Shown piece by piece: positions 27,172 to 37,538 of a stretch of 64,000 nucleotides of DNA (its first letter is position 1; each line of letters begins with the position of its first letter). The notes below the pieces were generated by a model. The model searched no databases, was not told the DNA's origin, and saw only the letters and a program-made list of their open reading frames with translations. Source of the DNA: Roseateles sp. (GTDB lineage: Bacteria; Pseudomonadota; Gammaproteobacteria; Burkholderiales; Burkholderiaceae_C); the NCBI RefSeq assembly GCF_039595295.1, contig NZ_JBCNLU010000023.1, forward strand, positions 2,665 to 66,664. Direction: 5' to 3'. The position numbers and the translations under genes are program-made.

Positions 27172-27813
27172 TCAGAGCTCGATGATCCCGCGCTTGAGCG
27201 CGATGGTGACCGCATGCGTGCGGTCCTTGGCCGAGAGCTTGCCCAGGATGGTCCGGATGTGGACCTTGACCGTCTCCTCGGTCAGCGAGAGGCTCTCGGC
27301 CACTTCACGATTCGCCTGACCCAGCGCGACCAGCCGCAGCACCTGGGTCTCGCGCAGCGACAGCGTGCGGCTGTGCGCGTGCTGGGCGATGGCGGCCTCG
27401 ATCTCCGCCGGCACCATCAGCCGACCCGCGTGCACGCCGCGGATGGTGTCCACCAGGTCGGTGCGCAGCAGGCCCTTGAGCAGATAGCCGGAGGCGCCCG
27501 CCTTCATCGCCCGCATGGCCTGGAAGTCGCCGGGGAAAGTGGTGAGGATGACGATGCGCGCCTCGGGGAACTCGCGACGGATCGCGGCCATCGCCTCGAT
27601 GCCGTCCATGTCTCGCATGCGCAGGTCCATCAGCGTGACATCGGGCAGGTGCTGGCGGAAGCGGGTGAGCGCATCCAGCCCGTTGCCCGCCTCGGCCACC
27701 AGGCGCATGTCCGGCTCGGCGTCCACGACGGTGGCGATGCCACTGCGCATCAGCGCATGGTCGTCGACGGCCATCACAGTGATGGGCCGGGGGCTCGGGG
27801 TGGTGTCGGTCAC
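27172..27813 (-). CDS. NarL/LuxR-family response regulator
   Basis: MAVDDHALMR, PDVTLMDLRM, ILTTF, GYLLK, LSLRETQVL...NREVA; start either 27813 (GTG) or 27858. Confidence 0.92.
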   Translation of the reverse strand: MTDTTPSPRPITVMAVDDHALMRSGIATVVDAEPDMRLVAEAGNGLDALTRFRQHLPDVTLMDLRMRDMDGIEAMAAIRREFPEARIVILTTFPGDFQAMRAMKAGASGYLLKGLLRTDLVDTIRGVHAGRLMVPAEIEAAIAQHAHSRTLSLRETQVLRLVALGQANREVAESLSLTEETVKVHIRTILGKLSAKDRTHAVTIALKRGIIEL

Positions 27814-27913
27814 AGGGGCGGCAAGAAGGACGCGATCGGCCGGATCGCGAAAGCCCAAGCGTAGCCGCTGTGCCGGCCGCCGGCTGACGTACCGTTGCCC
27901 CCGGTTGCGAAGT

Positions 27914-27931
27914 CATCCCTCGAAAGAGTTA
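27914..27931 (-). promoter_or_regulatory. Second copy of the 18-bp motif TAACTCTTTCGAGGGATG
   Basis: CATCCCTCGAAAGAGTTA on the + strand is the exact reverse complement of 9277-9294. Confidence 0.6.
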
Positions 27932-27991
27932 TTCCGCGACCTGGCCGGACCAAAGTTCTGATAGCGTCCGCGCGACCTCCCGCTCGAGTCG

Positions 27992-30900
27992 ATGACGTCC
28001 GATCCCCACCGTTCGCCGCTGCGCCAAGGCTTCTGCCAGCGCTTCTTGCAGCGTCTCCTGCAACGCTGTGCCCTGCGGTCGCTGCGGCGCCTTGCCGCGA
28101 CCGTGGTCGTCCTGTGGGCGTCCGTGGCGGGCCTCCCGGCGGCCTGGGCGCTGGATGCGGATCTGCGGCTGAGCCAGTTCCAGCATCGCGCCTGGACGGC
28201 CGCGGACGGCGCGCCGACCGAGACCTGGGCGATGACGCAGTCCACCGACGGCCTGATCTGGATGGGCGGACCCGGCGGGTTGCTGCGCTTCGACGGTCTG
28301 CGCTTCGAGCGCTTCCCGACTTCGAGGGCGACGCCGTTCCCGGCCGGCGCGGTGTTGCGGGTGATGGCCGCGTCCAACGGCGATCTGTGGGTGAGCTTCT
28401 TCCCCCGCGGGCTGGTGCGGATCCGGCAGGGCGAGGTCTGGCAGGTGCCGGAGTCCGAGCCGGTCGCCGCGCAGCGGGTGCGCTACCTGTCCGAGGATGC
28501 CGACGGGCGGATCTGGGTCGGCGGCGAATCCGCCTTCTTCCGCTTCGACGGCGAGCACTGGACGCGGGGCGACGAGATCCCGGGCTTCGGCGGCATGCCG
28601 CTGGGCGGGCTGGTGATCGACGGCCGCGGCACGGTGTGGGTGTGCGCGCGGGACCGGCTGGTGCAGGCGCTGCCGCGCGGCGCGACCAGTTTCAAGAGCG
28701 TGGGCGATTGCACCGACGCGCGCAGCATGCCGGTGACGGACGGCCGGGTCTGGATCGTCGACGCGAAGTCGGCGCGGCGCATGCCCGAGGTCTCCCAAGC
28801 CCCGCTGCTGCCCCGGCTGACCTGGGGCGCGAGACGCTCGTCGCCGACCTGGCTCGATCGCGAGAGCAACCTGTGGTCGCTGTACTGCCCCGCCGGGCTC
28901 TGTCGGCGAAAGCTGCCGATCTCCACCTCCGACGCCATCGACCTCCCCGAACCCCCCGAACGCATGGGCGTCGCCGAGGGCCTGAGCGGCGACTTCGGCA
29001 TGACGATGATGGAGGACGTCGAGGGCAATCTGTGGGTCGCGACCAAGACCGGTTTGGACCGGTTCCGGCGCGCGGCGCTGGTCCCGGCGGAGCTGCCGCG
29101 CGGGACCAGCAACTACGCGCTCGCGGCGGAGCCCGACGGCAGCGTGTGGACGGCGGCATCCGCGACGGGGACCTATTCGAAATGGCGCTTGAGCGGCGTC
29201 GGCGATGCGGCGTCCCTCCCGGCACCGAATGCGCAGGTCACCGCGGTCGGACGCGACGCGCAGGGGCGTCTGCTGATGGGCGGATCGAGCGGCCTGTGGC
29301 GCAGGGAGGGGGAGCGCTGGGTCGAGCTGCCACGGCCCGTCGGCGCGCAAGGCCGATGGGTGCTGGGCATCGCGGCGCAGGGCGGGAGCATGCTGGCCTC
29401 GTTCCAGAAGCTGGGCGTGCAGCGCTTCGACGACGGGGTCTGGCAGCCGCTGGCGGTGCCCGGCGAGCCGGGTCCGGTCGAGGCGGCCTTGGCGGTCGCG
29501 CCGGATGACGCGGTCTGGCTGGGGCTCAAGAACAACCGCGTGCTGCGCTTGAAGGACGGTGCGGTGCGCCGCTTCGGACCGGAGGAGGGCGTCGATGTCG
29601 GCGATCCCTTCCTGGTTTATGCAGGGCGCACGCGCGTGCTGGTGGCCGGCGGGCTGGGTGTGGACGTGTTGCACGGGGATCGTTTCGTGCCGCTGATGTC
29701 CGAGTCCACGGATGCGCTGATGGGCGTGTCGGGCATCGTGGAGACGGCCAACGGCGACCTCTGGCTCAACGGCCGCAAGGGCGCCGTGCAAGTGACCAAG
29801 GCCGATCTGGACGCCTTCCTCGCGGATCCTGGAAAGCCTTTGCGGCATGCGCTGATCGATGCGCTCGACGGCTATCCGGTCAGCGCGACCTCGTTCTGGC
29901 CGCAGCCCAGCGTCGTGGAGGCCGCGGATGGGCGGCTCTGGTTCGCGGGCATCACGGGCGTCGCCTGGCTGGATCCGCGCCGTCTGACGCGCAACCCGGT
30001 GGCGCCGGTCGCGCGCGTGACCGGCGTGCGCGCCGACGGCGTCGAGTACCCGCCCGGCGCGCCGCTGCGGCTGCCGATCAAGACCTCGATGCTGGAGCTG
30101 CGCTTCTCGGCGGCCAGCCTGTCCATTCCGGAGCGGGTGCGCTTCCGGTTCAAGCTGGAGGGCCAGGATCGCGGCTGGCGCGACAGGACTTCGCGGCGCG
30201 AGACCCTGTACACCAACCTCGCGCCGGGGCGCTACGTCTTCCACCTGCAGGCCTTCAACAACGACGGTGTGCCGACGGCGGGCGAGACCCTCCAGGTCAT
30301 CGAGATCCCCGCGGCCTTCTATCAGACGCTGTGGTTCCGCGCCGCCTGCGTGCTGGCGGCCATCGCGCTGATCTGGGCGCTGCACCGGTTGCGCATGCGG
30401 CAGGCGGCACGCGCCGCGCGCGAGAAGCTGCGCACCCGGCTGGCCGAGCGCGAGCGCATCGCGCGCGAGCTGCACGACACGCTGCTGCAGGGCGTGCAGG
30501 GACTGATCCTGCGCTTCGAGGCGAACGCGACGCGGCTGCCGATCGATCACCCCGCCCGCGCGGCCATGGAGCAAGACCTGGCCCTCGCGGATGAGGTGCT
30601 GGACGAAAGCCGCCGGCGGGTGATGGCGCTGCGCTCGACGCCGGCCGCGGCGGGAAGCCTGGCGCGAGCGCTGGAGGACGTGATCGCGCAACTGGCGCGG
30701 GACTACGACGGCGAATGCCGCGTGGAGATCGAGGGCCGTGAGCGTCCCTTGAAGCCTGAGGTCCGCGAGGAGCTGCGATTGATCTTCGGCGAGGCGTTGC
30801 TGAACGCCTTCCGGCATGCCGACGCGACGCGGATGACGCTGTGCCTGCGCTACGGCTGGCGGGGGCTGCGGGTCACGCTGAGCGACGATGGGCGGGGCAT

Positions 30901-31135
30901 TGCGCCGAAGCTGCTGGCGGACGGTCGGCCGGGTCACCTGGGGCTGGTCGCGATGCGCGAGCGCGCGAGGGCGATCGGGGCGCGTTTGTCCGTGGCCAGT
31001 CGCGTGGGGAAGGGGACCACCGTGGAGCTGCGGCTGCGCGCGTCGAAGGCGTATGCCGCCGGGCCGATCGAATCGGCCCATACAGCCGATTCAGCCGATG
31101 CGGTCGGTCCGGTGAAGGACAATCCCGCCCCATGA
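27992..31135 (+). CDS. Sensor histidine kinase: periplasmic beta-propeller + Y_Y_Y + HisKA_3 + HATPase
   Basis: Repeated D.DG.LW motifs; [14 protein letters not shown]...[10 protein letters not shown]; TM helix; [15 protein letters not shown]; DDGRG, GHLGL. Confidence 0.9.
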   Translation: MTSDPHRSPLRQGFCQRFLQRLLQRCALRSLRRLAATVVVLWASVAGLPAAWALDADLRLSQFQHRAWTAADGAPTETWAMTQSTDGLIWMGGPGGLLRFDGLRFERFPTSRATPFPAGAVLRVMAASNGDLWVSFFPRGLVRIRQGEVWQVPESEPVAAQRVRYLSEDADGRIWVGGESAFFRFDGEHWTRGDEIPGFGGMPLGGLVIDGRGTVWVCARDRLVQALPRGATSFKSVGDCTDARSMPVTDGRVWIVDAKSARRMPEVSQAPLLPRLTWGARRSSPTWLDRESNLWSLYCPAGLCRRKLPISTSDAIDLPEPPERMGVAEGLSGDFGMTMMEDVEGNLWVATKTGLDRFRRAALVPAELPRGTSNYALAAEPDGSVWTAASATGTYSKWRLSGVGDAASLPAPNAQVTAVGRDAQGRLLMGGSSGLWRREGERWVELPRPVGAQGRWVLGIAAQGGSMLASFQKLGVQRFDDGVWQPLAVPGEPGPVEAALAVAPDDAVWLGLKNNRVLRLKDGAVRRFGPEEGVDVGDPFLVYAGRTRVLVAGGLGVDVLHGDRFVPLMSESTDALMGVSGIVETANGDLWLNGRKGAVQVTKADLDAFLADPGKPLRHALIDALDGYPVSATSFWPQPSVVEAADGRLWFAGITGVAWLDPRRLTRNPVAPVARVTGVRADGVEYPPGAPLRLPIKTSMLELRFSAASLSIPERVRFRFKLEGQDRGWRDRTSRRETLYTNLAPGRYVFHLQAFNNDGVPTAGETLQVIEIPAAFYQTLWFRAACVLAAIALIWALHRLRMRQAARAAREKLRTRLAERERIARELHDTLLQGVQGLILRFEANATRLPIDHPARAAMEQDLALADEVLDESRRRVMALRSTPAAAGSLARALEDVIAQLARDYDGECRVEIEGRERPLKPEVREELRLIFGEALLNAFRHADATRMTLCLRYGWRGLRVTLSDDGRGIAPKLLADGRPGHLGLVAMRERARAIGARLSVASRVGKGTTVELRLRASKAYAAGPIESAHTADSADAVGPVKDNPAP

Positions 31136-31392
31136 CCGAGAACGCCCCGCCGCCGCAAGCGCAGCCCCGCAACCCCCTGCACGGGATGACGCTGGAGGCC
31201 ATCGTGACCGCCCTGGTCGACGAGTACGGCTGGGAGGGCTTGGATGACCGCATCCCGCTGCGCTGCTTCGCCTTCGAGCCCAGCGTCAAGTCCAGCCTGA
31301 AGTTCCTGCGCAAGACGCCGTGGGCGCGGGAGAAGGTCGAAGGGCTCTATCTGTTCATGCTGCGCGAGCGGCGCAGGAACGAGCGGGGCTGA
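31132..31392 (+). CDS. VF530/DUF2132-family small protein
   Basis: [12 protein letters not shown]...GWEGL...[21 protein letters not shown]; ATGA overlap with the sensor gene. Confidence 0.88.
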   Translation: MTENAPPPQAQPRNPLHGMTLEAIVTALVDEYGWEGLDDRIPLRCFAFEPSVKSSLKFLRKTPWAREKVEGLYLFMLRERRRNERG

Positions 31393-31476
31393 GCGCCGGA
31401 TCAGAAGCTCCTCAGTAACCGGGCGCCATGTCATAGGCAATCTCGGCGCTGCGGTTGAAGTACCCCTCCGTTGCAG

Positions 31477-31492
31477 TATGATGATCATCATA
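31477..31492. promoter_or_regulatory. Perfect palindrome TATGATGATCATCATA, candidate TetR operator 1
   Basis: 14 nt before the tetR ATG; TATGA-N6-TCATA. Confidence 0.7.
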
Positions 31493-31506
31493 TTAGTATC
31501 CACCCC

Positions 31507-32172
31507 ATGGCACCGATCAACCCATCCCCCCGCAACGCGAAGACCGACCGCAAGGAGGCGTCGCGCGAGCGCATTCTGGAAGTGGCCTCGCGCGGCGTGA
31601 GGCGCGCCGGCTTCCACGGGATCGGCGTGGCCGACGTGATGAAGCAGGCCGGGCTGACGCATGGCGGTTTCTATGCTCATTTCGAGTCGCGCGATGAGCT
31701 GCTCGGCGCGGCTGCAGCGCGGGCGGGGCAGGACAGCCGGGCGCTCTTCGAGGACCTATTGAAGCGTCTCACCGCGGCCGGCGTGCCGCCGTTCCGGGCG
31801 ATGGTCGAGACCTATCTGCACGAGAGCGGCATCGGCAACTGCGAGAACGGCTGCCCCGTGGCTGCGTTGGTCTCGGAGATGCCGCGGCAATCCGAATCGG
31901 TGCAGCAAGTTTCGCGCGCGCTGATGACGCACCTGCATCGCATGGTGGGCGAGGCGCTCGGCGACCGCGCGCCGGCCGACGAGGCGTGGTCCATCGTCAG
32001 CAGTCTGGTCGGCGCGCTGCAGCTGGCCCGGGCTTTCGGCGACAACGATCAGGGGCGAGCGGTGCTCGACAGCACCAAGCAGGCGCTGCTGTCCCGCTAC
32101 GGCGAAGAGGCGAAAGCGAGCACCGTCAAGTCCAACAAGGAAACGAAGTCCGACGCCAAGCGTCGGCATTGA
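31507..32172 (+). CDS. TetR-family regulator
   Basis: SRERILEVAS...VADVMKQAGLTHGGFYAHFESRDEL; NGCP. Confidence 0.92.
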   Translation: MAPINPSPRNAKTDRKEASRERILEVASRGVRRAGFHGIGVADVMKQAGLTHGGFYAHFESRDELLGAAAARAGQDSRALFEDLLKRLTAAGVPPFRAMVETYLHESGIGNCENGCPVAALVSEMPRQSESVQQVSRALMTHLHRMVGEALGDRAPADEAWSIVSSLVGALQLARAFGDNDQGRAVLDSTKQALLSRYGEEAKASTVKSNKETKSDAKRRH

Positions 32173-32178
32173 TTCGAC

Positions 32179-32206
32179 ATGGCCTCCCTCGCGAGGCCAT
32201 TCGTTT
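32179..32206 (+). terminator. Putative intrinsic terminator after tetR
   Basis: ATGGCCTC-N6-GAGGCCAT followed by TCGTTT. Confidence 0.45.
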
Positions 32207-32214
32207 GTCTGTAA

Positions 32215-32232
32215 ATATGACGTGCGTCATAT
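32215..32232. promoter_or_regulatory. Candidate TetR operator 2, ATATGACGTGCGTCATAT
   Basis: Same TATGA-N6-TCATA core, upstream of the SDR gene. Confidence 0.65.
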
Positions 32233-32284
32233 GAAATCAACGGCCGCGAACGCGGTCATCGAAGCAAGCTGGAAAGGAACAGCC

Positions 32285-32989
32285 ATGAACATCGAAGGAT
32301 CCGTCGTCTTCATCACCGGTGCGAATCGGGGTTTGGGTCTGGAATTCGCCAAGCAGGCGCTGGCCCGCGGCGCGAAGAAGGTCTATGCCGCGGCGCGGCA
32401 GATCGAGTCGGTCACGCTGCCGGGTGTGATCCCGGTGAAGCTGGACGTGACCAAGCCGGAGGAGGTCGCCGCCGCCGTCGCCGCTTGCGGCGATGTCACG
32501 CTGCTGATCAACAACGCCGGCATCGGCCGCACCGGCGGCGCGCTGGCTGACGACGCCGAGGCGCTGTTGCGTGATCAGCTGGAGACCAACCTCTTCGGCG
32601 TGTGGCGCTTGAGCAGCGCCTTCGCCGCCACGCTGGGCCGCAACGGCGGCGGCGCGATCGTCAACATCCTGTCCATCCTGAGCTGGGTGAACACGCCGAC
32701 GCTGGGCGCTTACGGCGTCAGCAAGTCCGCGGCCTGGGCGCTGACCAACAGCCTGCGTCAGGAGCTGAGCGCGCAGGGCACGCAGGTGCTCGGCTTCCAT
32801 GGCGGCTTCATCGACACCGACATGATCAGCGCCTTCGACGTGCCCAAGTCGCGCCCGGAGGACGTGGTCCGTCAGACGCTGGACGCGGTGCAGGCGGGGC
32901 AGGTCGAGGTCTCCGTCGACGAATCGACGCGGCAGGTCAAGCAGGCGCTGTCGGCGGGCGTGTACCTGCAGGACGCGCTCGCGCATTGA
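32285..32989 (+). CDS. Short-chain dehydrogenase/reductase
   Basis: TGANRGLG, NNAG, YGVSK. Confidence 0.92.
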   Translation: MNIEGSVVFITGANRGLGLEFAKQALARGAKKVYAAARQIESVTLPGVIPVKLDVTKPEEVAAAVAACGDVTLLINNAGIGRTGGALADDAEALLRDQLETNLFGVWRLSSAFAATLGRNGGGAIVNILSILSWVNTPTLGAYGVSKSAAWALTNSLRQELSAQGTQVLGFHGGFIDTDMISAFDVPKSRPEDVVRQTLDAVQAGQVEVSVDESTRQVKQALSAGVYLQDALAH

Positions 32990-32997
32990 GCGCGGCG

Positions 32998-34170
32998 TCA
33001 GGCCTTGCCTGAGCGCTCCAGTCCACGCAGCCGCAGCAGGATGAGCATGCCGGCGGTCAGCACCGCGGCGGTGATCCACATCGCCGCCTGGTAGTTGCCG
33101 CTGGCCTGCGCCATGGCGCCGGCCAGCGCGGGCGCGGTCACCTGCGCCACGCCGTAGCTGAGCGTCAACCGCGCCATCGCCTTGCCGGGGTTGCCGGGCG
33201 AGCGCCGCCCCACGAGGGCGAGGGTCAGGCTCACCAGTCCGATGAAGGTCGCGCCGTAGAGCAGCGCGCCGCCCAGCGCGGCGGCGAGGCTGCCGGACAG
33301 GGCGGGCAGCACGACGGCGAGGATCTGCAGCGCGAAGGCGGTGAGCAGCGCGTTGATGTCGCCGATGCGGCGCGCGACGCGATCCCAGAGGAACACGGCC
33401 GGTGTCGCCGCGAGCCCGACCAGCAACCAGGCCCACGGGCCCTGGCCTTTGAGCAGGGGCTGGCGCTCGACGATGGCGACGGTGAAGGTGGCGCTGATGA
33501 CGAAGCCCCATCCGGCGCAGAAGTAGCTGGCGAGCATCCATCGCATCCAGGTGGCGCCGGGCGCGCCGGTGCCGAGGGCAACGGTCGTGGGCGGCGGCGC
33601 GGGCGGTCGCCACCACCAGGTGACGGCGAGCAGTGCGACGCCGACGACGACGAAGCCCCACCAGTGCCCGGCCCAATCGAGACCGAGGCGGTCCATCGCC
33701 ATCGCCCCGACGGCGGAGACCACGATGCCCAGGCCCAGTCCCATGAAGTGCACGCCGAGCTCGGGCCGCTTGCCGGCGCGCATCAGGAAGCCGAGAACGA
33801 GGCCGGAGCCGAGCAGCATGCCGGCGGCGCCGCTCAGGCCGCCGAGGTAGCGGGACAGCGCCCACAGCGCGAGGTTGGGCGCAAGCGGCATCATGGCCGT
33901 CGCCACGAGGCCCAGCAGCATGCCCCAGAGGTAGAGACGGGCGCGCCAGCGCGGATCGTCGATCCAGGCGGCGAGCAAGGCGCCGCTCATGTAGCCCGCA
34001 TAGTTGATCGCGGCGAGCGTGCCGCCCATGGCGTCGCCGAGGTCGGCCTGCTGCTGCATCAGCGGCAACAGCGGCGTGTAGGCGAAGCGCGCCAGACCGA
34101 TGCTGAGGATCAGGCCGGCGATGCCGCCGGTGGAGACTTGCCAGGGGTGGAGGTGGCGTTCGCTGCTCAT
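32998..34170 (-). CDS. MFS transporter, YbfB/YjiJ type
   Basis: GLARFAYTPLLP.M; LAAINYAGY..GAL; 12-TM-like pattern. Confidence 0.88.
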   Translation of the reverse strand: MSSERHLHPWQVSTGGIAGLILSIGLARFAYTPLLPLMQQQADLGDAMGGTLAAINYAGYMSGALLAAWIDDPRWRARLYLWGMLLGLVATAMMPLAPNLALWALSRYLGGLSGAAGMLLGSGLVLGFLMRAGKRPELGVHFMGLGLGIVVSAVGAMAMDRLGLDWAGHWWGFVVVGVALLAVTWWWRPPAPPPTTVALGTGAPGATWMRWMLASYFCAGWGFVISATFTVAIVERQPLLKGQGPWAWLLVGLAATPAVFLWDRVARRIGDINALLTAFALQILAVVLPALSGSLAAALGGALLYGATFIGLVSLTLALVGRRSPGNPGKAMARLTLSYGVAQVTAPALAGAMAQASGNYQAAMWITAAVLTAGMLILLRLRGLERSGKA

Positions 34171-34178
34171 GGGGCGCG

Positions 34179-34526
34179 TCAGGCCGCAAGGGCGTCGATT
34201 TCCTCGACCAACTGATCCCCGTGCGTCCGCAGGATGACCTCGATGTCGTACTGCGCCTGGAGGTTGAGCCAGAACCTCGGGTCGATCCCGAAGGCCAGGC
34301 CGAGCCGGATGGCGGTATCGGCCGTGATGGCGCGATCGCCGGCGCAGATCTCGTCGATGCGGCGCTGCTGAACGCCGATCGCCTTGGCCACGCGATAGCG
34401 CGTCAGGCCCATGGGCTCGATGAACTCGGTCAGCAGGATCTTCCCGGGATGCACGGCATCCAGGCGCCGGCCCGTCGTGATGTTGCTGAAGTCCAGTTGA
34501 TTGAGCTGGCTGCGCGGGATGCTCAT
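34179..34526 (-). CDS. higA: HigA-family antitoxin (Xre HTH)
   Basis: VHPGKILLTEFIEPMGLT.Y.VAK...RAITADTAIRLG..FG...FWLNLQ..YD. Confidence 0.92.
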   Translation of the reverse strand: MSIPRSQLNQLDFSNITTGRRLDAVHPGKILLTEFIEPMGLTRYRVAKAIGVQQRRIDEICAGDRAITADTAIRLGLAFGIDPRFWLNLQAQYDIEVILRTHGDQLVEEIDALAA

Positions 34527-34554
34527 GGGGTCGCTCCGATCTCAGAAAGCCGGG

Positions 34555-34836
34555 TCAGTGATAGTCCGCCACCTCGACATCGAGTGCCGCGCCGGCTTTC
34601 CAGCGGAAGCAGATGCGCCATTGGCGGTTCACGCGGATGCTCCACTGTCCCTTGCGGTCACCCTTCAGGAGCTCCAGCCGATTGCCCGGCGGCACCCGAA
34701 GCGTCTCGATGGACGGGGCGCCGTCGATCATCTTCAGCTTTCCACGGATGGCGTTCTGGAGCGCGCGAGGCATCTCGCGAATCTCCCGGCCATCGAAGAT
34801 CGCCGCTGTACGGCGGTCGGCGAAGCTCTCGATCAT
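34555..34836 (-). CDS. higB: HigB/RelE-family toxin
   Basis: MIESF.D...LRVPPGNRLELLKGDRKGQWSIRVNRQWRICF.W...DVEVADYH; toxin upstream of antitoxin. Confidence 0.92.
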   Translation of the reverse strand: MIESFADRRTAAIFDGREIREMPRALQNAIRGKLKMIDGAPSIETLRVPPGNRLELLKGDRKGQWSIRVNRQWRICFRWKAGAALDVEVADYH

Positions 34837-34844
34837 GATTAGTA

Positions 34845-34870
34845 TTGACGCGCAATAGTAGATGCGTCAA
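34845..34870. promoter_or_regulatory. Candidate higBA operator
   Basis: TTGACGC-N12-GCGTCAA, 8 nt upstream of the higB ATG. Confidence 0.6.
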
Positions 34871-35003
34871 GCCTAGCGATCGCGCGGGCGTGCGACCTTG
34901 CGCGATCGCATGGTCCGGTTGCGTCCCCATTTGGCGGGGATGCGGGGACGCGACAAGTCAGGCGCTTGTCAGCGACGAGGCGCGTATCGGCGAGCCCAAG
35001 GCC

Positions 35004-36182
35004 TCACACAAACTGCGCCGCCGCATGCCCCGACGCCCAGGCCCATTGGAAGTTGAAGCCGCCCAGATGGCCGGTCACGTCCAGCACCTCGCCGATGAAG
35101 TACAGCCCCGGTGACTTCAGCGACTCCATGGTCTTGGACGACACCTCCTTGGTGTCGACCCCGCCCAGCGTGACCTCCGCCGTCCGATAGCCCTCGGTCC
35201 CCGCGGGCACGAGCTGCCACGCGGACAGCTGCTCCGCGATGCGCTCCAGCTCCGCATGCGTGTATTGCTTGATCGGCTTGGACACGAACCACTGCTCCGC
35301 GATCAGCGTCGCCATCTTCTTGGTGAAGACCTCGCCCAGCAGCGTCTTCAGCTCCGCATTGGGCCGGTCGTTGCGCTGCTGCGCCAGCCACTGCGCGGCG
35401 TCCACGTCGGGCAGCAGGTTGATCTCCACCGCCTGGCCGGGCAGCCAGTACGACGAGATCTGCAGGATCGCCGGGCCGCTCAGCCCGCGGTGCGTGAACA
35501 GGATGTTCTCGCGGAAGCTCTTGCCGTTGCAGCTCACCAGGCAATCGACAGAGGTGCCGCTGAGCTCGTTGCACAGGTCCTTGAGCTGATCGGTGATGGT
35601 GAAGGGCACCAGCCCCGCGCGCGTCGGCAGCAAGGTGTGCCCGAACTGCTTGGCGACCTGATAGCCGAAGCCCGTCGCGCCCATGGTCGGGATCGACAGG
35701 CCGCCGGTCGCGATCACCAGCGACTGGCATGTCATCGGACCCGCCGAGGTCTGCAGCGCGTAGCCGCCCTCGACCTTCTCGATCGACTCGACCGAGGTCT
35801 CCAGCATCACCTGCGCGTCGACCGCGGCGCACTCGGCGAGCAGCATGCGCAGGATGTCGATGGACTTGTTGTCGCAGAAGAGCTGGCCCAGCTTCTTCTC
35901 GTGGTGGGGCACCTGATGCTTGTTGACCAGGGCGATGAAGTCCCACTGCGTGTAGCGCGCCAGCGCCGACTTGCAGAAGTGCGGGTTCTGCGAAAGGAAG
36001 TTGGCCGGCTCGGTGTACAGGTTGGTGAAGTTGCAGTTGCCGCCGCCGGACATGAGGATCTTCTTGCCCGCCTTGTTGGCATGGTCGACGACCAGCACGC
36101 GCCGTCCGCGGGCGCCCGCGTGCGCCGCGCACATCAGGCCCGCGGCGCCCGCGCCAATGATCACGACATCGATGTCCAACAC
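35004..36182 (-). CDS. HI0933/YhiN-family FAD-dependent oxidoreductase
   Basis: IIGAGAAG, GKKILMSGGGNCNFTN, ATGGLSIP, AEVTLGGV, GEVLDVTGHLGGFNFQWAWASG. Confidence 0.93.
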   Translation of the reverse strand: MLDIDVVIIGAGAAGLMCAAHAGARGRRVLVVDHANKAGKKILMSGGGNCNFTNLYTEPANFLSQNPHFCKSALARYTQWDFIALVNKHQVPHHEKKLGQLFCDNKSIDILRMLLAECAAVDAQVMLETSVESIEKVEGGYALQTSAGPMTCQSLVIATGGLSIPTMGATGFGYQVAKQFGHTLLPTRAGLVPFTITDQLKDLCNELSGTSVDCLVSCNGKSFRENILFTHRGLSGPAILQISSYWLPGQAVEINLLPDVDAAQWLAQQRNDRPNAELKTLLGEVFTKKMATLIAEQWFVSKPIKQYTHAELERIAEQLSAWQLVPAGTEGYRTAEVTLGGVDTKEVSSKTMESLKSPGLYFIGEVLDVTGHLGGFNFQWAWASGHAAAQFV

Positions 36183-36303
36183 GACTGCTTCCCTTCGACT
36201 TTCAAACCGGGCCCGACCGCTGCGGCGGGCGCGGGAGCTTAACGCATGCGGTCCGGCGCGAACTCTGCCGCGCCGGGCCGATCGGTGCGCCGTCCAATTG
36301 TGT

Positions 36304-36328
36304 GGGGCAGGGGAGAGGGTCTTCGGGA
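36304..36328. repeat. Partial REP-like copy
   Basis: GGGGCAGGGGAGAGGGTCTTCGGG matches the right half of the 57587 copy. Confidence 0.55.
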
Positions 36329-36433
36329 TATGCCCAATCCGAATAGCAGCTAGTCCCCGCCATAACTAGGACGACGAGGCCGGGCTCTCCACAATCCGCC
36401 GCAACGCCTCATCGCCTGTCGCGCAAGACCCCC

Positions 36434-37462
36434 ATGATCATCGACGTCCACGGCCACTACACCACCGCTCCCGCCGCGCTCGGCGCCTGGCGAGACCTGC
36501 AGATCGCCGCGCTCCAGGACCCGTCGCGCACACCGCGCGCCTCCGACCTGCGCATCAGCGACGACGAGCTGCGCGAGTCCATCGAGACCAATCAACTCGC
36601 CAAGATGCGCGAGCGCGGCTCCGACCTCACCATCTTCAGCCCGCGCGCCAGCTTCATGGCGCATCACATCGGCGACTTCCAGACCTCGTCCACCTGGGCC
36701 GCGATCTGCAACGAGCTCTGCCACCGCGTGGCCGAGATGTTCCCCGATCACTTCGTCGGCGCGGCCATGCTGCCGCAGAGTCCCGGCGTCGATCCGGCCA
36801 GCTGCATCCCCGAGCTGGAGCGCTGCGTGCGCGAGTACGGCTTCGTCGGCATCAACCTGAATCCCGATCCGTCCGGCGGCCACTGGACCAGCCCGCCGCT
36901 GACCGACCGCCACTGGTACCCGCTCTACGAGAAGATGGTCGAGCTGGACATCCCCGCGATGATCCACGTCAGCACCAGCTGCAACGCCTGCTTCCACACC
37001 ACCGGCGCGCATTACCTGAACGCCGACACCACGGCCTTCATGCAATGCCTCACCGGCGACCTGTTCAAGGACTTCCCGACGCTGCGTTTCCTGATCCCGC
37101 ACGGGGGCGGCGCGGTCCCGTATCACTGGGGCCGCTTCCGCGGCCTGGCGCAGGAACTCAAGAAGCCGCTGCTGGACGAGCATCTGCTCAACAACATCTT
37201 CTTCGACACCTGCGTCTATCACCAGCCGGGCATCGACCTGCTGACGAAGGTGATCCCGGTGAAGAACGTGCTCTTCGCCTCCGAGATGATCGGCGCCGTG
37301 CGCGGCATCGACCCGCTCAGCGGCCACCATTACGACGACACCAAGCGCTACATCGCCGCCACGCCGCACCTGAGCGACGAGGAACGCCACCTGGTCTACG
37401 AAGGCAACGCCCGCCGCGTGTTCCCCCGGCTTGACGCGCGGCTGAAGGCGCGCGGACGATAG
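36434..37462 (+). CDS. ligJ: 4-oxalomesaconate hydratase (amidohydrolase superfamily)
   Basis: MIIDVHGHYTTAP, SPRASFMAHHIGD, LNPDPSGG, HYLNADTTAFMQ, PHGGGAVPYHWGRFRG, FASEMIGAV. Confidence 0.85.
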   Translation: MIIDVHGHYTTAPAALGAWRDLQIAALQDPSRTPRASDLRISDDELRESIETNQLAKMRERGSDLTIFSPRASFMAHHIGDFQTSSTWAAICNELCHRVAEMFPDHFVGAAMLPQSPGVDPASCIPELERCVREYGFVGINLNPDPSGGHWTSPPLTDRHWYPLYEKMVELDIPAMIHVSTSCNACFHTTGAHYLNADTTAFMQCLTGDLFKDFPTLRFLIPHGGGAVPYHWGRFRGLAQELKKPLLDEHLLNNIFFDTCVYHQPGIDLLTKVIPVKNVLFASEMIGAVRGIDPLSGHHYDDTKRYIAATPHLSDEERHLVYEGNARRVFPRLDARLKARGR

Positions 37463-37538
37463 GGAGGCTTCATCGGGGACGCCGATTGCGGGACAATGCG
37501 CGCCCCTCGCGGGCACGCAATCTGCTTAGCTTTCCTTC

